Source: Corallochytrium limacisporum Hawaii (lineage: Eukaryota; Protista; Pluriformea). Taken from it: a stretch of 64,000 bases of DNA. Positions 1-12,379 of the stretch are shown piece by piece. The stretch is from positions 10,393-74,392 of the forward strand of contig PDIP01000051.1 in the NCBI GenBank assembly GCA_002811645.1, in the 5' to 3' direction. The translations under genes and the position numbers were made by a program. Positions within the stretch are counted from its first letter, which is position 1. Each line of letters begins with the position of its first letter. A model generated the notes under the pieces. The model was not told the DNA's origin and searched no databases. It saw nothing but the letters and a program-made list of their open reading frames with translations.

Positions 1-676
1 TGATACGATTTATTTGATTCAAAGAAGGTTGCGACCCTATAAACCTAAATTCCTCCTTAACTTATGGGGCAGAGGTTGGTACCAACTATCGAACACGCAC
101 GCTTCAGAGTTGTGGGGGGGTGGGGGCTGAGAGGGCACCAAGGGGAAGGAAAGAAAAGGGAGGGGGGGCCGAGGGTCTGCAAAGTACGACGTGCTTGGGG
201 AATCAGTGCTTTCTGGAGAACCCGAAGAAACAGGGTGGGCGCACATGGTCGATGTATGGCAAACGGTCACACCATAGTAGCCTAAAGCAAAGCTACAGCA
301 ATTGGTTGATGTCGGTCGACTAAGAGAGGCACGCACTGATCCCCTAAGAGCTATATCGATTGATGGTTTACAGGAAGAGGATGCCACATGAGACAGAAAA
401 CTCGCCACATTCCGACTAAATGAGTATGGAAATTGACAGGGTTGTCATTGACCGTGGTAAACTTTAATTAGTATCCGCGCTAAAAGTCTAAATGATGGTA
501 AAAATAAAACAACACACAAATTTGTTCTGCAGTCCCCAATCTGACAACCAGCCTCCGACTGGTGGTTAGTGGCAAAATTACTGTCGGCAGCCGTTTTGGC
601 AATCACGAGCGCTAAACTCCCCCCCAGAGGCCTCTGGTAGGAGCGAGCGTATACAATATGTATCTACGCATTCTTT

Positions 677-694
677 CCCCCGGGGGGGGGGGGG
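677..694. repeat. C5G13 self-complementary homopolymer element
   Basis: Member of the recurrent intergenic CnGn family (see findings). Confidence 0.8.
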
Positions 695-1440
695 TGTATA
701 CGACATGGTGTCATGAACCACAATTTCTAGGCAGCTTGCTACCCGCAAGAATCAAAAAATGCAAGGGAAATCTATGACGAAATATCGGTTCGGATTCTTG
801 TGGTTCGCATCAACAAAAATCTAAAACGGGAAGGGCTGGGCGGGGTTAGTCAAAACAAAAACATTGGCCAATTGGGCACGGGAGCCCAGCCGTGTCTGCA
901 ACGAGTCACAGAAAATAGGCCCCCACAGGCTTTCCCCCCCCATCTCCACGTCGTCTCCAACCTCCGATCTCCTCTGTCTCCATAACCCTACTTATACCGG
1001 GAAAGATATTGAAACGAACATTTCGTTCAAACCCGGGGCAAAACCATGGATTTACGTCTACGTGGAGATGCTATCCGAGGTCGATGAGAGTAATGCTGGC
1101 ATAGCTTCCAACTGGTGTGAACATGACTCATGGGAGCAGGCTTTCTCCAGCAACTATACCGACACGTCCGTCATTGATGCCGTGACTAACCTACACGTGG
1201 CTGGGGATTCTGCCTCCTTTTCGCAGAAATCATCGGGTGAGAGTCACAACTGTACGCTATACTACAACTTGACATGCACAGCCAACTCGTAAACAGTAAC
1301 CAGTCTCGAAAACCTTGCGGATTTCAAAACCTACCCACACATGATGGTACCCCGGTATCATGACATGATCTGCCTGGTGAAAGACGAACACAAACATCCA
1401 GTTTCTGACAATCTCAAGTACTGTCGTGTATTGAGGACAA

Positions 1441-4298
1441 CTACGGGGTCCGCGGAATCTTAGACTTCTTGCCGAAAATAAGACTTGGATCATCTGGCTC
1501 CTGAACACTACCAGTTGAGTTTTCTTTGACGAGACGAGTCCAGCTGGTGTAATGTGTCACAGGAGGCTCGATTGCGGAGCTGGCAATTATCGTAGTAGAG
1601 GTCTTTGGACTATTGGAGACTTTGCGTTCTTTTGCAGATTCCCGTGTGCGCGCGAGGGAGGATTGAGATGGCGGCCTTGGCAAAGACCCTTCTTCATTCA
1701 CAACTGTGTCCGCATCTGAATCATCCTCCTCTTCCTCTTCATTTGATTCAATCTTCTCCAATTTGGCTCTGCTGTCCACAGCTGCGACAATGCGCGATGC
1801 AAGGGACTGGCGACCATTTTCCGGGCAGCTGTCTCTAGCTTCTGTGTGATGTTCCTTCAGGTTGCTCACCGACAGGTTTACGACTCGCGTGGGTGTGGTC
1901 GGTCGATCCAACGGCGTGGTGGGCCGCTCTTCCGGTGCCGGAATCGTAGCTGGTACGCGACCAACAATCATGTCCATGGGCAGGTTGACAGGCGGGAATC
2001 CAGTGCCACCATACTTATGCACAAGCAATTCGTCTCCGTATTTTTCACCTTCAACCGCAATGATCGTGTCATCCAAGTCGTCACCCGCCAGGACGTCGTC
2101 TTCAGTCTCGCCCGCGTCATCATCATCATCGTCATTAAATTCATATTCGCCCCTAGATGTTGTATCATCGTCATGTGCGCCACCGGTGTGTTCTTTCTGA
2201 CCGCTTAAGCGAGCGAGAATAAAGTCGATCTGCTGGGCAAGGTGCTCTTCGCTGTGAGATTTGAGGGCGATGAGAATATCGTGTAAGCCACGTTGTTCGG
2301 CCTCCTGTCGTACTGCATTCTCTGCCAGCAAAGAGTACAGAGTACCATTGGCGTACGTTCGAATCTGTTGCGATTCGTGTTCCAACAAGTCGATAAGCAC
2401 AGTCACACACAAAGCAGCTTCCTTGGCAGCAGCTTGCCTGCCGACAGTTCGGAGGGAAAGATTCATAAGTAGCGCTGTGGCGTACTCCGCGGAGTAATCA
2501 CTCAAGGTATCCAAATTCTGCAAGGTTTCCAAGAGCCACTTGATGACCCCTTCGCCTATCATCCGCGTTTGTGCAAATCGTCTAAGTGAGAGCGTCTGAA
2601 GAGCACCCAGGGCATTCTGCCTTGTCACCGTGTCCTCCCTTTCTGCCTTTAATATTTGCTGAAGAACCCCCAGTAGGTCGTATTTGGAAGTGACAAAGTA
2701 GGATCGCCCAGCTGCCAAGGATGCCAGGCAGTTGATCAATCGAACAGTATACTCTCTTACTAGGAGATCTTTCGCTTTCAATAGAGTTTTCCAGACGAGC
2801 TCGCTGTACTCCAGATCTTGTGTACCACAACCCAGCAAGTCCGATCCCAGATACGCCATCATCAGTTCCTGCCTCTGCGGTCCTGGCCTTGCCCTAATCA
2901 TACGCCAGCGAAGAGCTTGTAGAAGGACACACAGCTCCCTATTCCGGAGGTTCACAAGGTCGATTTTCACCTTTTCGAGATTCAATCCAATTGGTGGACC
3001 TGTTTCTGATCGCATTTGTGGTTGCAGAACACATGTGAGTACCTGCTGTTGGGTCAAATTGAGGGTCTGTGTGCTCAACATTGGATTGTCACCAAAGCCG
3101 TTGGCACCAGTCGTGTGGGTCAACCTCGTGCCTTGCTCGTCCAAGAAGGCTCCACGACGGGTGGCATGCTGCAAGGCTGCGCCGGCAGTGGACATTCTTT
3201 GGTGCAAGAGCATTGTATGTGGGCTGTTGACCATTTGCGTTCTGAGTGGTGCCTGTTGTGTAGCGACAGTTGGTACTGCAGTGGTCAGTGCCGGATCAAG
3301 CACTATTGGAATTTGGTTCAACTTGTCAGCAATCTCCTGCTCCACGGCACTCGTGGCCTCCTGTTGCTTCTGTTGCTTACTCGTGGCCTCCATGAGACGG
3401 TTGCTTACTTCAGTGAGGTGGGGTATGTCAACTGCTTGCCCTCTTATGCTTTGTTCAAGCATGTCTGCAAGTTCGCTGCTAGTTCGCAACAGGAATGCAT
3501 ACTCTTGTTGTATGCTGCTGAGCTGCTGACGCAGCAGGTTGTTCTCTATCCCCAGCCTTTGGTCTTCTCTGCCCTGAAGGAAGGACATCATAAGTGCCGG
3601 TGTCCTACACCTGACCAAGGTACTCTCAAGGAACGTCAGCATTAATTCCTGGATTTGGTCAATCCATCGTTGACTGACCAATGGTCCAAAGGTAGGGTGG
3701 TGGGTAAGATCAGGAATAAACGGCAACGCATAGTATTGTAAGAACTCAGGAATTTTCGCTAGGTCCTGGCCGCGATTACTCTCTAGGTACTGTTTGAAGG
3801 ACCTCATGGCTTCGTCAATGGAAACCGGTACCGCCTTTATCGGTGACCTGTCCTTTCTAGAACGAACCTTAGTCTGAGCTTTTAGTCCTTTGCTGAACAT
3901 CATTGGAAATAGCGCAAAGTACACTTGCAAATAAAATTCCACTCGCTGAGCATCTGGTAAGCCTTGTCGCACATCTTTGGGAACCTGCTCCTGCCATAGC
4001 TTGAAGAATGTAGCACGGTCACCGCCCACCATGGCCTTCTCGAAATGTTCAAGCATCTGGTTTGCTTTGTATTTCGCAACCAGTGGTTGTGTTTCAGTTT
4101 CGATTACACCGCAGACTCTTTGTACAAAATTTTGATGCTTTGCAGGTCCCGAATTCACTTCCTTGCCCAGTCCTTGATGCACCTCGTGGCACCAACTGCC
4201 ACCAAAGTCTCTCGAACATTTTCAAGAAAGTTCTCAGCCAGAACTTCTATTTGCGTTCCGTTCGTTGGACTTGGGCCCGAGCTATGTCGATACTTCAT
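1441..4298 (-). CDS. ARMC9: LisH domain/armadillo-repeat protein ARMC9 (ciliary); 5' end split across two frames
   Basis: The 913-aa ORF (1441-4182, GTG start) has ARMC9-like segments: EFYLQVYFALFP, EFLQYYALPFIPD..HPTF..L, LLQALRWR, RQNALGALQTLSLRR, SDYSAEYATALLMNLSLRT, YANGTLYSLL. A LisH-like N-terminus is encoded by a 47-aa ATG ORF at 4298-4155 in a different frame (see findings). Confidence 0.85.
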
Positions 4299-5028
4299 GT
4301 TTGAAAGAGACTCGCTATTCTGTGCAATCTACATCTTTGGGATTCTGCTATGAAGTTGAAAGCGACCGTCCTCCATTGAACGCTTGCCACTGTTTGTTTG
4401 CTGAGCACCTCGGCGGAATCACTCACGCGTGGAGTCTGCGAGTGCATTTATATGCGTATATGAATCTGTACATAGCTTTCTGTGGGGTAGTGAGACACTC
4501 CCGATCCTGCATGAAGACCTGTCTACGACCGTGGGTATCCTCACTTCCGCACTAAGTGTACCCAAAGTCAGTCGTCCCTGTGACCCGCAGAACACTGCTG
4601 CAAACCTGGGTTTCGCTGTGCCCACAGAACCCCAAACCGTGCTCTTCGTAGTAAGCTGCGATTCTTTGGACTTCGCCAACTCCTCGTAGGCACCTCCGGG
4701 GTTACGCTCTAGGTTCGCGCCAAAACCCAGTAGAGGGACACGGCCGAGATGTGAGACTCATCTACCGTGACGGGTCCCCGAATCCCAAATCGGGAGTCCA
4801 TTTTCTGTGTCGCCTGCATGAAGATTGGTGGCTATCGCGAGCACGGCTATGTAGAGGGGACAAGTCTCAGGTACGTAACAGTACTGGTATTACCCTACGG
4901 CAAACACTCTCATGAATTGAGCTACTAGAACCGGGATCTCTGCTTCATCTGCTGAGGAAATCGATCAAAAAGAAGTATCCCTGGAATGCTCTATCAATGG
5001 TCCTCGCTAAGCGCTTGAAAATGAATCT

Positions 5029-6027
5029 ATGGAGTTTGTAGAGCAACTCGGGGATACGTTCATGGCCCTGATGGGCTCCAATCTGTTTGTTTATGGATTT
5101 CTTATTCCTGTCATGGGATATATTATGCTCGGTATGCAAGATGAAGGAGATCAAAATGCATCAGATGAAACGCGAGAGCCAGCTCAAGAGAAGGCCTCTG
5201 TTGTTGTCGGCTGCACTACTGGAATCCTGCAACGTTTGCGGTATATCTTGGTTACCGGTCCAACGGATCTTTTACTGCGGTTCCAACCAATGCTCCCTGA
5301 TCGTTTGAGAACTCTGATCAAGAATGCATATGTGGAGGTCTTTGAGCGAAGACATAGCGGTATGGTGTATGTGTACGTGATGATCATGGCTGTATCACTT
5401 TTGTTTTTCTGGTTCAAAGTACTGCCCCATTCATCAAACACGGCAGTGAATGTCTTGCTCCTCTGGCTTTACGTGTACACTAATGTAACCTATGTTGGCT
5501 CCGTGACTCAAGATCCTGGAATCATCACAGCGGACAACGTCAGAGACATGATAAGGGCCACGGCATCGTTCTATGACGGCAAAATGTTTGTCAAAGGTCA
5601 ATCATGTGGGACTTGTAAGTTTGAGAAACCAGCCCGGTCGAAACACTGCAGGCTCTGTGACCAGTGCGTGTCTACTTTCGACCATCACTGTGTTTGGATC
5701 AATAGCTGTGTAGGACAAGGCAACATGACGGTGTTCACTGCATTTCTAGTGATGGTCTGTGCCTTATTGTGGACCGCTTGCGCAATTTTGACACTGGTCA
5801 TGAGGGACCGCGGGCGGGCCAATGGATACGCAGACCTAGGGTCACTGTTGGTAGATTCGCGTGCAATGCTGGCCACAATGCCGGAATTGATGGTTGCTCT
5901 AGCCGCCTATGGCAGTCTCACCATTGGATTGACACTCTTCACAGGACGGCATGTTTACAATAACTACATACTAGGAGCCACTTTCAATGAGCGCTGGAAG
6001 CAATCAAGAATGGCCTTGGTATTTTAA
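5029..6027 (+). CDS. DHHC palmitoyltransferase, Swf1/ZDHHC4-like
   Basis: DPGIIT...CGTCKFEKPARSKHCRLCDQCVSTFDHHCVWINSCVGQGN DHHC cysteine-rich domain, flanked by hydrophobic TM segments, with a TxxE-like motif (TFNE). Confidence 0.92.
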   Translation: MEFVEQLGDTFMALMGSNLFVYGFLIPVMGYIMLGMQDEGDQNASDETREPAQEKASVVVGCTTGILQRLRYILVTGPTDLLLRFQPMLPDRLRTLIKNAYVEVFERRHSGMVYVYVMIMAVSLLFFWFKVLPHSSNTAVNVLLLWLYVYTNVTYVGSVTQDPGIITADNVRDMIRATASFYDGKMFVKGQSCGTCKFEKPARSKHCRLCDQCVSTFDHHCVWINSCVGQGNMTVFTAFLVMVCALLWTACAILTLVMRDRGRANGYADLGSLLVDSRAMLATMPELMVALAAYGSLTIGLTLFTGRHVYNNYILGATFNERWKQSRMALVF

Positions 6028-6118
6028 GAGAACGTCAAATTCAGGACTTTACTGTACTATAGCTACTCTATTAAAGAACACTTATGACCTGTGATCAATA
6101 TCTACGCCTGTTTCAAAT

Positions 6119-7567
6119 TCAGAAGATGTCAGGACATTCTTCCCAGTCCTGAGCTTCCCGGGCCTGCCAATACTTTCCTGTATATACAAACATAGTCTTC
6201 TTCGTGTCCGGGTCCGCAATCTCTGTGAACCAGCGAGGTTTCCACCGTTCTTTGCGTTCCTCCATGACACGACGGGTAGTGCGCTGCTTTTCTTCCAGGC
6301 GCAGTTTCTCCGCACTTGCCGGGTCGACCATGCCCGTCTCAAACATTTTCTGATCCGGACGGTAGCGGCAGTCAGTTGGTGCACACCCGGGACTCTCCTG
6401 GTTCAAAGCCATGGCAAAGGCCGTCATGCCCCAGTGAGCTTCCGAATGCTTGGGTCTTGGATGTGTCTTCCATAGCGGTATATTGCCCTTGACTCGATAT
6501 TCTGGCAAATCTCCAGCCATCATGGCTTGTTCGTCGAGGTGCGCAGCAAGACCATCATTCCAGGCACCCGTCATCTTGTAGATAGGGTTACCATTGGAAT
6601 CCCGACTGACACCGATGAGACGGTAGTAGTGATTTCCAGCATCCTGGTAACTCCGGAAAAGAACTCGACATTTGCTCTTGCGAGTATGGTTAATGACATC
6701 TATGGGACCTTGGTGGTCGACCCAGATCTTCCATCCAACAAGGATGCTGTGGATTGTAGTCACGGGCTTGTTCCAGGTAAACTTTTCGTTGCGTTCCTTG
6801 TCGATCAGATTAGCCTGTCCCACCGGAATGATAGTAAGGTACTGTCCCCTGAACTTGCTTTCCATGCGGTAGTCCTGATAGAAGATCCACCGATCCGACT
6901 CACAATGGAGGGCACTGATTGGAGGGTGGTGGCTGACTTGCTCACAGACAAGAGCATAGCCCTTTTCAGGGTGAATCAATTCAAAGGTCTCCCCGAGAAG
7001 TGGATTAAATGGCTTGCACAGGCGATCCAGGGTTGCTGCGTATGTCGATGCAGCAAATGCACCAACGTACGCGGCTCGCAGCTCCGGGTCTTCGCAGACC
7101 ATCGCTTTATCCAAAATGTCAGAATATTCCATATCCTCCGTCAGTCTCTGCAAGAAACTCAACGGCTCATTGAAATTTACAGGCATGGCAATGCGACTGA
7201 GGTCTTGACCAACGAAACTCTTCAGAATCGACACAATGCTTAACGAATTCTTCTGTTGTGGTGCTTCAGTGCGTGAACGCCGATCCCTCCCTTTGTACCA
7301 TGTGGGAGCCTTTTCACTTGGCCTGATAGTTTTTATCCCGAATTCACCAGCCAATGACAAGGGGGATTGGATTACACCGTCTACAATGTGATCTAGATCC
7401 TCGTATTCGCCTTCAACCCCATCAAGTTTGCCGGTCGCAATGTCTTCATTGGAACGTGCCTTGTCCAGTACTTGTCCCTCCGCATCCTCGAAATCAGAAG
7501 CTTCATCTTCGGCCCCACTGGGCTGATGATCAGGCTCTTCGACAGTCAACAGCTCATTGTCAGCCAT
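6119..7567 (-). CDS. Oxysterol-binding protein family member (short, ORD-only, with FFAT-like motif)
   Basis: OSBP signature EQVSHHPP, plus KPFNPLLGETFE, GQDLSRIAMPVNFNEPLSFLQRL, PTDCRYRPD and EKLRLEEKQR. The acidic N-terminus has SDFEDAE, resembling FFAT (EFFDAxE). Confidence 0.93.
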   Translation of the reverse strand: MADNELLTVEEPDHQPSGAEDEASDFEDAEGQVLDKARSNEDIATGKLDGVEGEYEDLDHIVDGVIQSPLSLAGEFGIKTIRPSEKAPTWYKGRDRRSRTEAPQQKNSLSIVSILKSFVGQDLSRIAMPVNFNEPLSFLQRLTEDMEYSDILDKAMVCEDPELRAAYVGAFAASTYAATLDRLCKPFNPLLGETFELIHPEKGYALVCEQVSHHPPISALHCESDRWIFYQDYRMESKFRGQYLTIIPVGQANLIDKERNEKFTWNKPVTTIHSILVGWKIWVDHQGPIDVINHTRKSKCRVLFRSYQDAGNHYYRLIGVSRDSNGNPIYKMTGAWNDGLAAHLDEQAMMAGDLPEYRVKGNIPLWKTHPRPKHSEAHWGMTAFAMALNQESPGCAPTDCRYRPDQKMFETGMVDPASAEKLRLEEKQRTTRRVMEERKERWKPRWFTEIADPDTKKTMFVYTGKYWQAREAQDWEECPDIF

Positions 7568-8704
7568 TGTTTTGGTGCCTATCCTTTCAAGTTCAGAGTT
7601 TACTTCGTTGCCAATATGTGGTTGACCAAATTACCGCGCACAGGTCTTGCACAGATTTTGGGTGTGACCGTGTGCGCATACGTTCAAAGTAATCGCATTT
7701 AGAAATGTCCATGGGTGTGTTTCAAATAGCCCAGCTTACTTCTCCCCTTCTAACAGTTGTACACATTGTTCCCGGTCATAGGTGCGTAATCAAGCGATAT
7801 CCTGGAACACATTGGACCGTACGCTTGTCGGTGCTGGTGTACGGGATTGCCACTTCCCCTCCCGCCGTTTCTTGTACCGACTCGCAAACAAGGGCAGATC
7901 CGAAACTGTTTTGGGAAATAGGGGAAGGATCACTGTGTAACAGAACACCTTGGTAGGCTTGCCACAGTATTGGTGCGACAGTTGGAATGCGAGGACAGGT
8001 CTGTAGGTGCTCGATCAAGCGAAGCACCACTACCGTTCCTTTTGTCTTTCTTCTCTAGACACTTCGCTGCATTTGGATTTCCTACACCATTGAAGCAACT
8101 TGTAACTTGGCCTCCCTCTTTCGTGGAAATTAGGCCCCCATTTGTTGTTTTTCTCATATTGTCCATCAGCTGTTATCTAGGAACGAGGGCGCTCGGGTGT
8201 GTGCGCCCAAAGTTACGTGAAATCCACGGATGGTGGTACTGAATAGATCAGCCCTGTCGTGAGGGCATTGGATTTTCGCCCAGTTCGGAAATTACGAAAC
8301 ATGCCAGTGGCCCACTGGAGGCCCAGTGTGCCCTCTCTGCTATCGACGTATGAAGTCGGCCGGCCGGCTCGTAAATGGCTGATATGAGGCTTCCTTGGGA
8401 GCCACACAAGGAGTCGGATTAGGTGATGTTCACCATCACATTCAGGTAGATTTCTTCGTTCATTGCGTGACAGGTCTGTACGTGACTTCATCAATCATAG
8501 GGACTGATGAAGTAGGTAAATCAGCTTGGTATTTGCAGTATTTATGCCAACCGGACCAATTCTGCTCCACAAGTTCCACATAGCCGCACACCGAAGAGAG
8601 CGCGCCTGTGCACAAGCGAACAAAACGTAATAACCATGACAGAGTGCGGGAGGAATATCATACTATAGGTAGATTATTATCAAAAACAGTCATATAGAAC
8701 CACC

Positions 8705-11700
8705 ATGGCGAAGTCGCGGATCAAGAATTTGGAGCATGTCTTCGCTAAAAGCCTCAGTGACCTCATTCGGGGTTTGCGTAGCAATAAAGTTGAGGAATCG
8801 AAGTTTATTTCGGAAGCCATTGAGGAATGTCGCCAGGAGATGCGGCAAGAAAATGTTTACATTAAGGCTAACGCAATTATGAAGTTGGTGTACCTGCAAA
8901 TGTTGGGCTATGACATGAGTTGGGCCAGTTTCAATGTTGTGGAAGTCATGTCAAGTACTCGGTATACCCTTAAGAGAATCGGATATTTGGCCGCAGGACA
9001 GTCATTCAACAGTCAGACAGAGGTGCTCATGCTGACTACAAACCTCATTAAGAAAGATCTGAATTCCAATAACCCCTTGGAAGTTGGACTCGCATTGACG
9101 GGACTTAGTGAGTTCATGACACCAGATCTGGCTGCAGACTTGGCCAACGACATTAGCAACATGATGACGTCGAGTCGTCCGTACCTGCGTCGCAAAGCCA
9201 CATTGCTAATGTATCAGGTCTTCTTGCAGTATCCGGACTCCCTCAGACCATTATTCCCACGTCTCAAGGACAGACTTGCAGATGAGGACCCAAGTGTACA
9301 GGCAGCTGCTGTAACAGTAATTAGCGAACTGGGAAGGCGAAATCCGAGCAACTATCTATCTCTAGCACCGATTCTCTACGAAATGCTTCAAAATAGCAGC
9401 AACAATTGGCTTTTGATCAAGGTTGTGAAATTGCTGACAGCGATGACCCAGGTGGAACCGCGTCTCAGCAAGAAGATTGCTGAACCTCTGACCATGCTGG
9501 TGAACACAACACCTGCCAAGTCTCTGGCCTACGAATGCATCATCGCCATCATCACCAGTGCCAACATGATTCAGTACGGGTCGGCAGTGCAGGCAGCACT
9601 GAGTAAACTGCAGGAATTTGTGGAAGACCAGGACCAAAATCTGCGGTACCTTGGGCTTTTGGCCATGAACAAGATCCTGGCACTACATCCCAAAGCGCTG
9701 TCAAACCACCGCGAGATGGTTGTGCTTTGCTTGGACTACGAAGATGAAAGCATCCGCTTACGGGCACTGGACCTGCTGGTGGGTATGGCTACGCCGAAGA
9801 ATCTGCAGGCCACAGTAAAGAAGCTCGTGTTGCACCTAAAGGCCGCACCAAATGGAGGGCAAGCATACCGGGACAAAGTCGCCCGAAAGATTGTGGAAAT
9901 GTGCTCGCTGGAAAGCTACAAGAACGTGACTAATTTTGAAGTTTATCTGGCCGTACTGGTGGAACTCTCCCATGTGGAAGGTACCATGCTTGGAACTTTA
10001 CTGGCATCCCAAATGTTGGATGTCACTGTTCGCGTCTCAGGGCTCCGCGCCTTTAGTGCTGAACTTATGGCGGACAATGTTTTGCGAGACGACAACTTAC
10101 TGCTGAGCATACCAGGAAGTGCATGCGAAGTACTAGGATCCGCGGCTTTCATTGTGGGTGAGTACTGTTCAAAGCTGCCTGACCTTGACGTGGTCGTGCG
10201 GTCCCTGCTGCGAATTGGATGCACTATCCTCCCTCCGTCCATTCAGTCTATGCATGTGCTGGCAGCCATGAAGATCTACGCCGCTATCTGTGATCGATTG
10301 AGTTCACGTCAGGGATTGGCCAAGATGCCAGAGGCCAAAGAAGATGGAATTGTGCCTGAAAACGACGACGAAGAGGAGGACGACGAAGAGGAAATCATTG
10401 AGGGCTCTCTGCTGGATATTGACGATGAAGAATGCTGGACGCTTCTGTATGCCTTAGAGGGCTTGATTCTGGAGCATCTGCCTGCTTTCACTTCTCAAGG
10501 TGATCTTGAGGTGCAAGAGAGGGCCATGTTCCTCCAGCAGCTTGTGTCTATGAACCAGGAACTCCGAGCCAATGTGCCACAAGGAGACAAGGAACGTCTC
10601 TGCATTATTCTTGGATCCGTTTCTTCTCTGTTTGTTGGAGAGCTTAGGCCTGTGAATGCGAAGGCCCAGCGCAAGGTTGTGGTCCCAGAAGGACTAGATC
10701 TGGACGCGTGGATCGGAGAGCCATTTGAATCGCCGCACCGCATGGGTGCCATGAGTATTGATGAGGACGATGGCTGGGACATTAACGAACTCATCGGAGG
10801 CAAGAAGAAGGGAAAGAAGAAAAAAGGGGATAAAAAACGGACGAAGGAGGAAAGGGCTGAGCGGCGACGGCGGCGCGCGGCAGAGAAGGCAGCCAGTCCG
10901 TACTTTTTGGATACCGGAGATAACACACAGGCGGGTGCATTCCCCGACATTGACAGTGTTCCTGTGGAGACTTTGGATCTCGACATGGACCTCCAAGTCA
11001 ATGATGCTCAGCAGGAGGAAGGTAAGCGCCGCAAGAAAAAGAAAGAACCGACCTTATTGTTTGAGCAAGTCGCGGCCAAGAGCAAGAACAAGAAAGCAAA
11101 GGCAAGGAAAGCCAAGCGTGTTCTTGTTGATGACGATATGCCTGAGGGAGCACAGCTCAGTGATGATGAGGAAAAGAAGCTCGCCGGGGCCCAGAAAGAC
11201 TCTCGATTTGCGGCACTTGATCAGAACCTAGACGAGCCCTTAAACACCGCCGCGCAGCGCTTGCCGACCCGGGCCCACCGTAGCGACACGCTACCCATGC
11301 CGGAACCAATCAATTCCCTGGCATCGGTGGTGCCGCAAGCCGAAGCAGACGATGTTGCTGCCAACTACCTCGGTGGAAAACCAAAGAAGTCGAAAAAGAA
11401 AGCAACCGCGGGAACCACAGGGGATCCCGCAGAGAAGAAAAAGAAAAAGAAGGAGAAGGAGAGGGAGAAGGCTGGGGTTGGCACAGACAAGTCAAAGCGC
11501 AAGAAAAAGACCAAAGCAGGAGCACTGCAGCGCAAGACTTCTTTGTCCTCCAACCTTCGTCGAGAGATTCACGCCCAGCAGCAGATAAGGGCTGATGACC
11601 ACGGCATTGAGGGCGCCTTTGACTGGACGCTATGCTTTGATGTGCAGACTGTGCCTGAGGAAGGCGTGGACACTAGTGCGAATCAGTTCCGTGGACCCTT

Positions 11701-12379
11701 GGACCTGTCCGTGCGTGTTCGCCTGAGCGAGAACAGCCCAATTATCGTGAAGCAAATGCGCGTTTTTCTAGATCAGCCGGAAGCAGCTGGCAACGCTCTT
11801 GGTTTCACTTTGGAGGGCCCCGCTGTAGAAGATGAATTGTCCCAGGTGATTACGGATAACAGTGGTGAAATTGACACAACCATCACGCTGATCAGCCCTG
11901 GTGCCGGAGCGGAGCATTCCGATCAGCACCTCGCCGCAGCGACCTCGATTCCGGCGAAACTTCAACTTACGACCGTCGAGGGAGAGACAAGATCCATTCA
12001 ATTCTCTATGAAGATTTCCCTGTCGCAGCTTACAGTGGCCAAACCATGCAATCCTGAAGAGTTTATCAGCGTCATGAGTGCAAAGCATTTTCTCACTAAG
12101 GTCGAACGGCTACGCCACGCAACAGGGAAGTCCTACGTTGAGGTGCGCCATTTCCTGCAGTCTATGGCGGGATTTGCACTAGTAGAGGATGTGGGCACCA
12201 GCTGCTCTATGTATGCCCGGACCTTTGACGGCCGCCACGTCTGTCTATTGCTTAAGGATGTGACTTTGGAGAACGGAGCGCACCAACCCAGTGTCACAAT
12301 CGATGTTAAGGCGACTTCCCGATCCCTGGCTAAAGGTTTGCTTGAAGCACTCAAGCACGATGCAGGCCTACGGACTTAA
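8705..12379 (+). CDS. AP3D1: AP-3 complex subunit delta
   Basis: Adaptin-N trunk (FAKSLSDLIRGLR, YLQMLGYDMSWASFNVVEVMSS, EDQDQNLRYLGLLAM), delta-specific ELRPVNAKAQRKVVVPEGLDLDAWI, Lys-rich hinge and C-terminal ear. Start context caccATGG. Confidence 0.96.
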   Translation: MAKSRIKNLEHVFAKSLSDLIRGLRSNKVEESKFISEAIEECRQEMRQENVYIKANAIMKLVYLQMLGYDMSWASFNVVEVMSSTRYTLKRIGYLAAGQSFNSQTEVLMLTTNLIKKDLNSNNPLEVGLALTGLSEFMTPDLAADLANDISNMMTSSRPYLRRKATLLMYQVFLQYPDSLRPLFPRLKDRLADEDPSVQAAAVTVISELGRRNPSNYLSLAPILYEMLQNSSNNWLLIKVVKLLTAMTQVEPRLSKKIAEPLTMLVNTTPAKSLAYECIIAIITSANMIQYGSAVQAALSKLQEFVEDQDQNLRYLGLLAMNKILALHPKALSNHREMVVLCLDYEDESIRLRALDLLVGMATPKNLQATVKKLVLHLKAAPNGGQAYRDKVARKIVEMCSLESYKNVTNFEVYLAVLVELSHVEGTMLGTLLASQMLDVTVRVSGLRAFSAELMADNVLRDDNLLLSIPGSACEVLGSAAFIVGEYCSKLPDLDVVVRSLLRIGCTILPPSIQSMHVLAAMKIYAAICDRLSSRQGLAKMPEAKEDGIVPENDDEEEDDEEEIIEGSLLDIDDEECWTLLYALEGLILEHLPAFTSQGDLEVQERAMFLQQLVSMNQELRANVPQGDKERLCIILGSVSSLFVGELRPVNAKAQRKVVVPEGLDLDAWIGEPFESPHRMGAMSIDEDDGWDINELIGGKKKGKKKKGDKKRTKEERAERRRRRAAEKAASPYFLDTGDNTQAGAFPDIDSVPVETLDLDMDLQVNDAQQEEGKRRKKKKEPTLLFEQVAAKSKNKKAKARKAKRVLVDDDMPEGAQLSDDEEKKLAGAQKDSRFAALDQNLDEPLNTAAQRLPTRAHRSDTLPMPEPINSLASVVPQAEADDVAANYLGGKPKKSKKKATAGTTGDPAEKKKKKKEKEREKAGVGTDKSKRKKKTKAGALQRKTSLSSNLRREIHAQQQIRADDHGIEGAFDWTLCFDVQTVPEEGVDTSANQFRGPLDLSVRVRLSENSPIIVKQMRVFLDQPEAAGNALGFTLEGPAVEDELSQVITDNSGEIDTTITLISPGAGAEHSDQHLAAATSIPAKLQLTTVEGETRSIQFSMKISLSQLTVAKPCNPEEFISVMSAKHFLTKVERLRHATGKSYVEVRHFLQSMAGFALVEDVGTSCSMYARTFDGRHVCLLLKDVTLENGAHQPSVTIDVKATSRSLAKGLLEALKHDAGLRT

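Noticed and set aside
864-1292. 142-aa ORF with several N-x-S/T sites and Cys residues
   Set aside because: TTG start, no signal peptide and no family recognised. It may be a gene fragment but I cannot support a call.
8485-8513. CTGATGA (hammerhead core or C box)
   Set aside because: It is one arm of a simple 9-bp hairpin (ACTTCATCA/TGATGAAGT); no GAAA core with stems and no convincing D box.
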